A stretch of DNA of 64,000 nucleotides, from contig JBBITT010000007.1 in NCBI GenBank assembly GCA_037440625.1, positions 28,257 through 92,256 on the forward strand. The letters run 5' to 3'. The DNA is from Chloroflexota bacterium. Lineage in GTDB: Bacteria; Chloroflexota; Anaerolineae; UBA4142. Below, piece by piece: positions 63,983 to 64,000 of this stretch; position 1 is the stretch's first letter; each line of letters opens with the position of its first letter. A program made the position numbers and the translations under genes. The notes under the pieces were generated by a model. That model was not told the DNA's origin and ran no database searches. It saw nothing but the letters and a program-made list of their open reading frames with translations.

Positions 63983-64000
63983 ATACTGGAATTTCAACAA

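Noticed and set aside
1-64000. Search for CRISPR arrays, tRNA/rRNA genes, integrases/transposases, reverse transcriptases and prophage genes
   Set aside because: None were recognised by eye. The only repeats are short heptamer arrays and hairpins. The TA-like cassettes have no flanking recombinase or direct-repeat boundaries that I could see.

Overview
64-kb, moderately GC-rich, densely coding bacterial chromosome segment. Gene content suggests a Chloroflexota-like organism, but that is inference only. I can support about 69 protein-coding features. I found no rRNA, tRNA, CRISPR array, transposase or integrase. Blocks: (1) 1-6.7 kb, minus strand: NuoE/NuoF-type flavin module of an Hnd/HydABC-like enzyme, interleaved with DRTGG, CBS-HATPase, PHP and HATPase genes, then an orphan DNA-repair-type radical SAM gene. 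(2) 6.9-13.4 kb: M24 aminopeptidase, membrane proteins, HAD hydrolase, REC-GAF-histidine kinase. (3) 13.5-19.5 kb: polysaccharide/dTDP-sugar cluster with two Wzz-like genes, a BY-kinase and two tandem small paralogs. (4) 19.6-24.8 kb: housekeeping genes (an unlisted 37-aa ribosomal protein bTHX, rph, pgk, gap, yvcK-like, tatA). (5) 24.9-29.2 kb: antiporter and a DUF2723 glycosyltransferase. (6) 29.3-37.3 kb: DNA-repair-rich stretch (tag, nfo, unknown 206-aa protein, HerA-like ATPase, Mre11/SbcD-like nuclease without Rad50 or NurA). (7) 37.3-46.5 kb: metabolism (OCD, kbl-tdh, hydrolases, PIG-L, ALDH). (8) 46.5-55.6 kb: an uncharacterised locus with five radical SAM genes (four cobalamin-type, one SPASM/twitch-like), a metallophosphoesterase and two small ORFs. 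This is my best candidate for a novel system. (9) 55.7-64 kb: a non-canonical nuo operon (B, fused CD, F, G, I; no A, E or H in place) with toxin-antitoxin-like pairs in its intergenic gaps. Across the window, short spacers consist of degenerate heptanucleotide tandem repeats, often as inverted arrays, and a GTAGG...CCTAC hairpin family recurs at gene ends.
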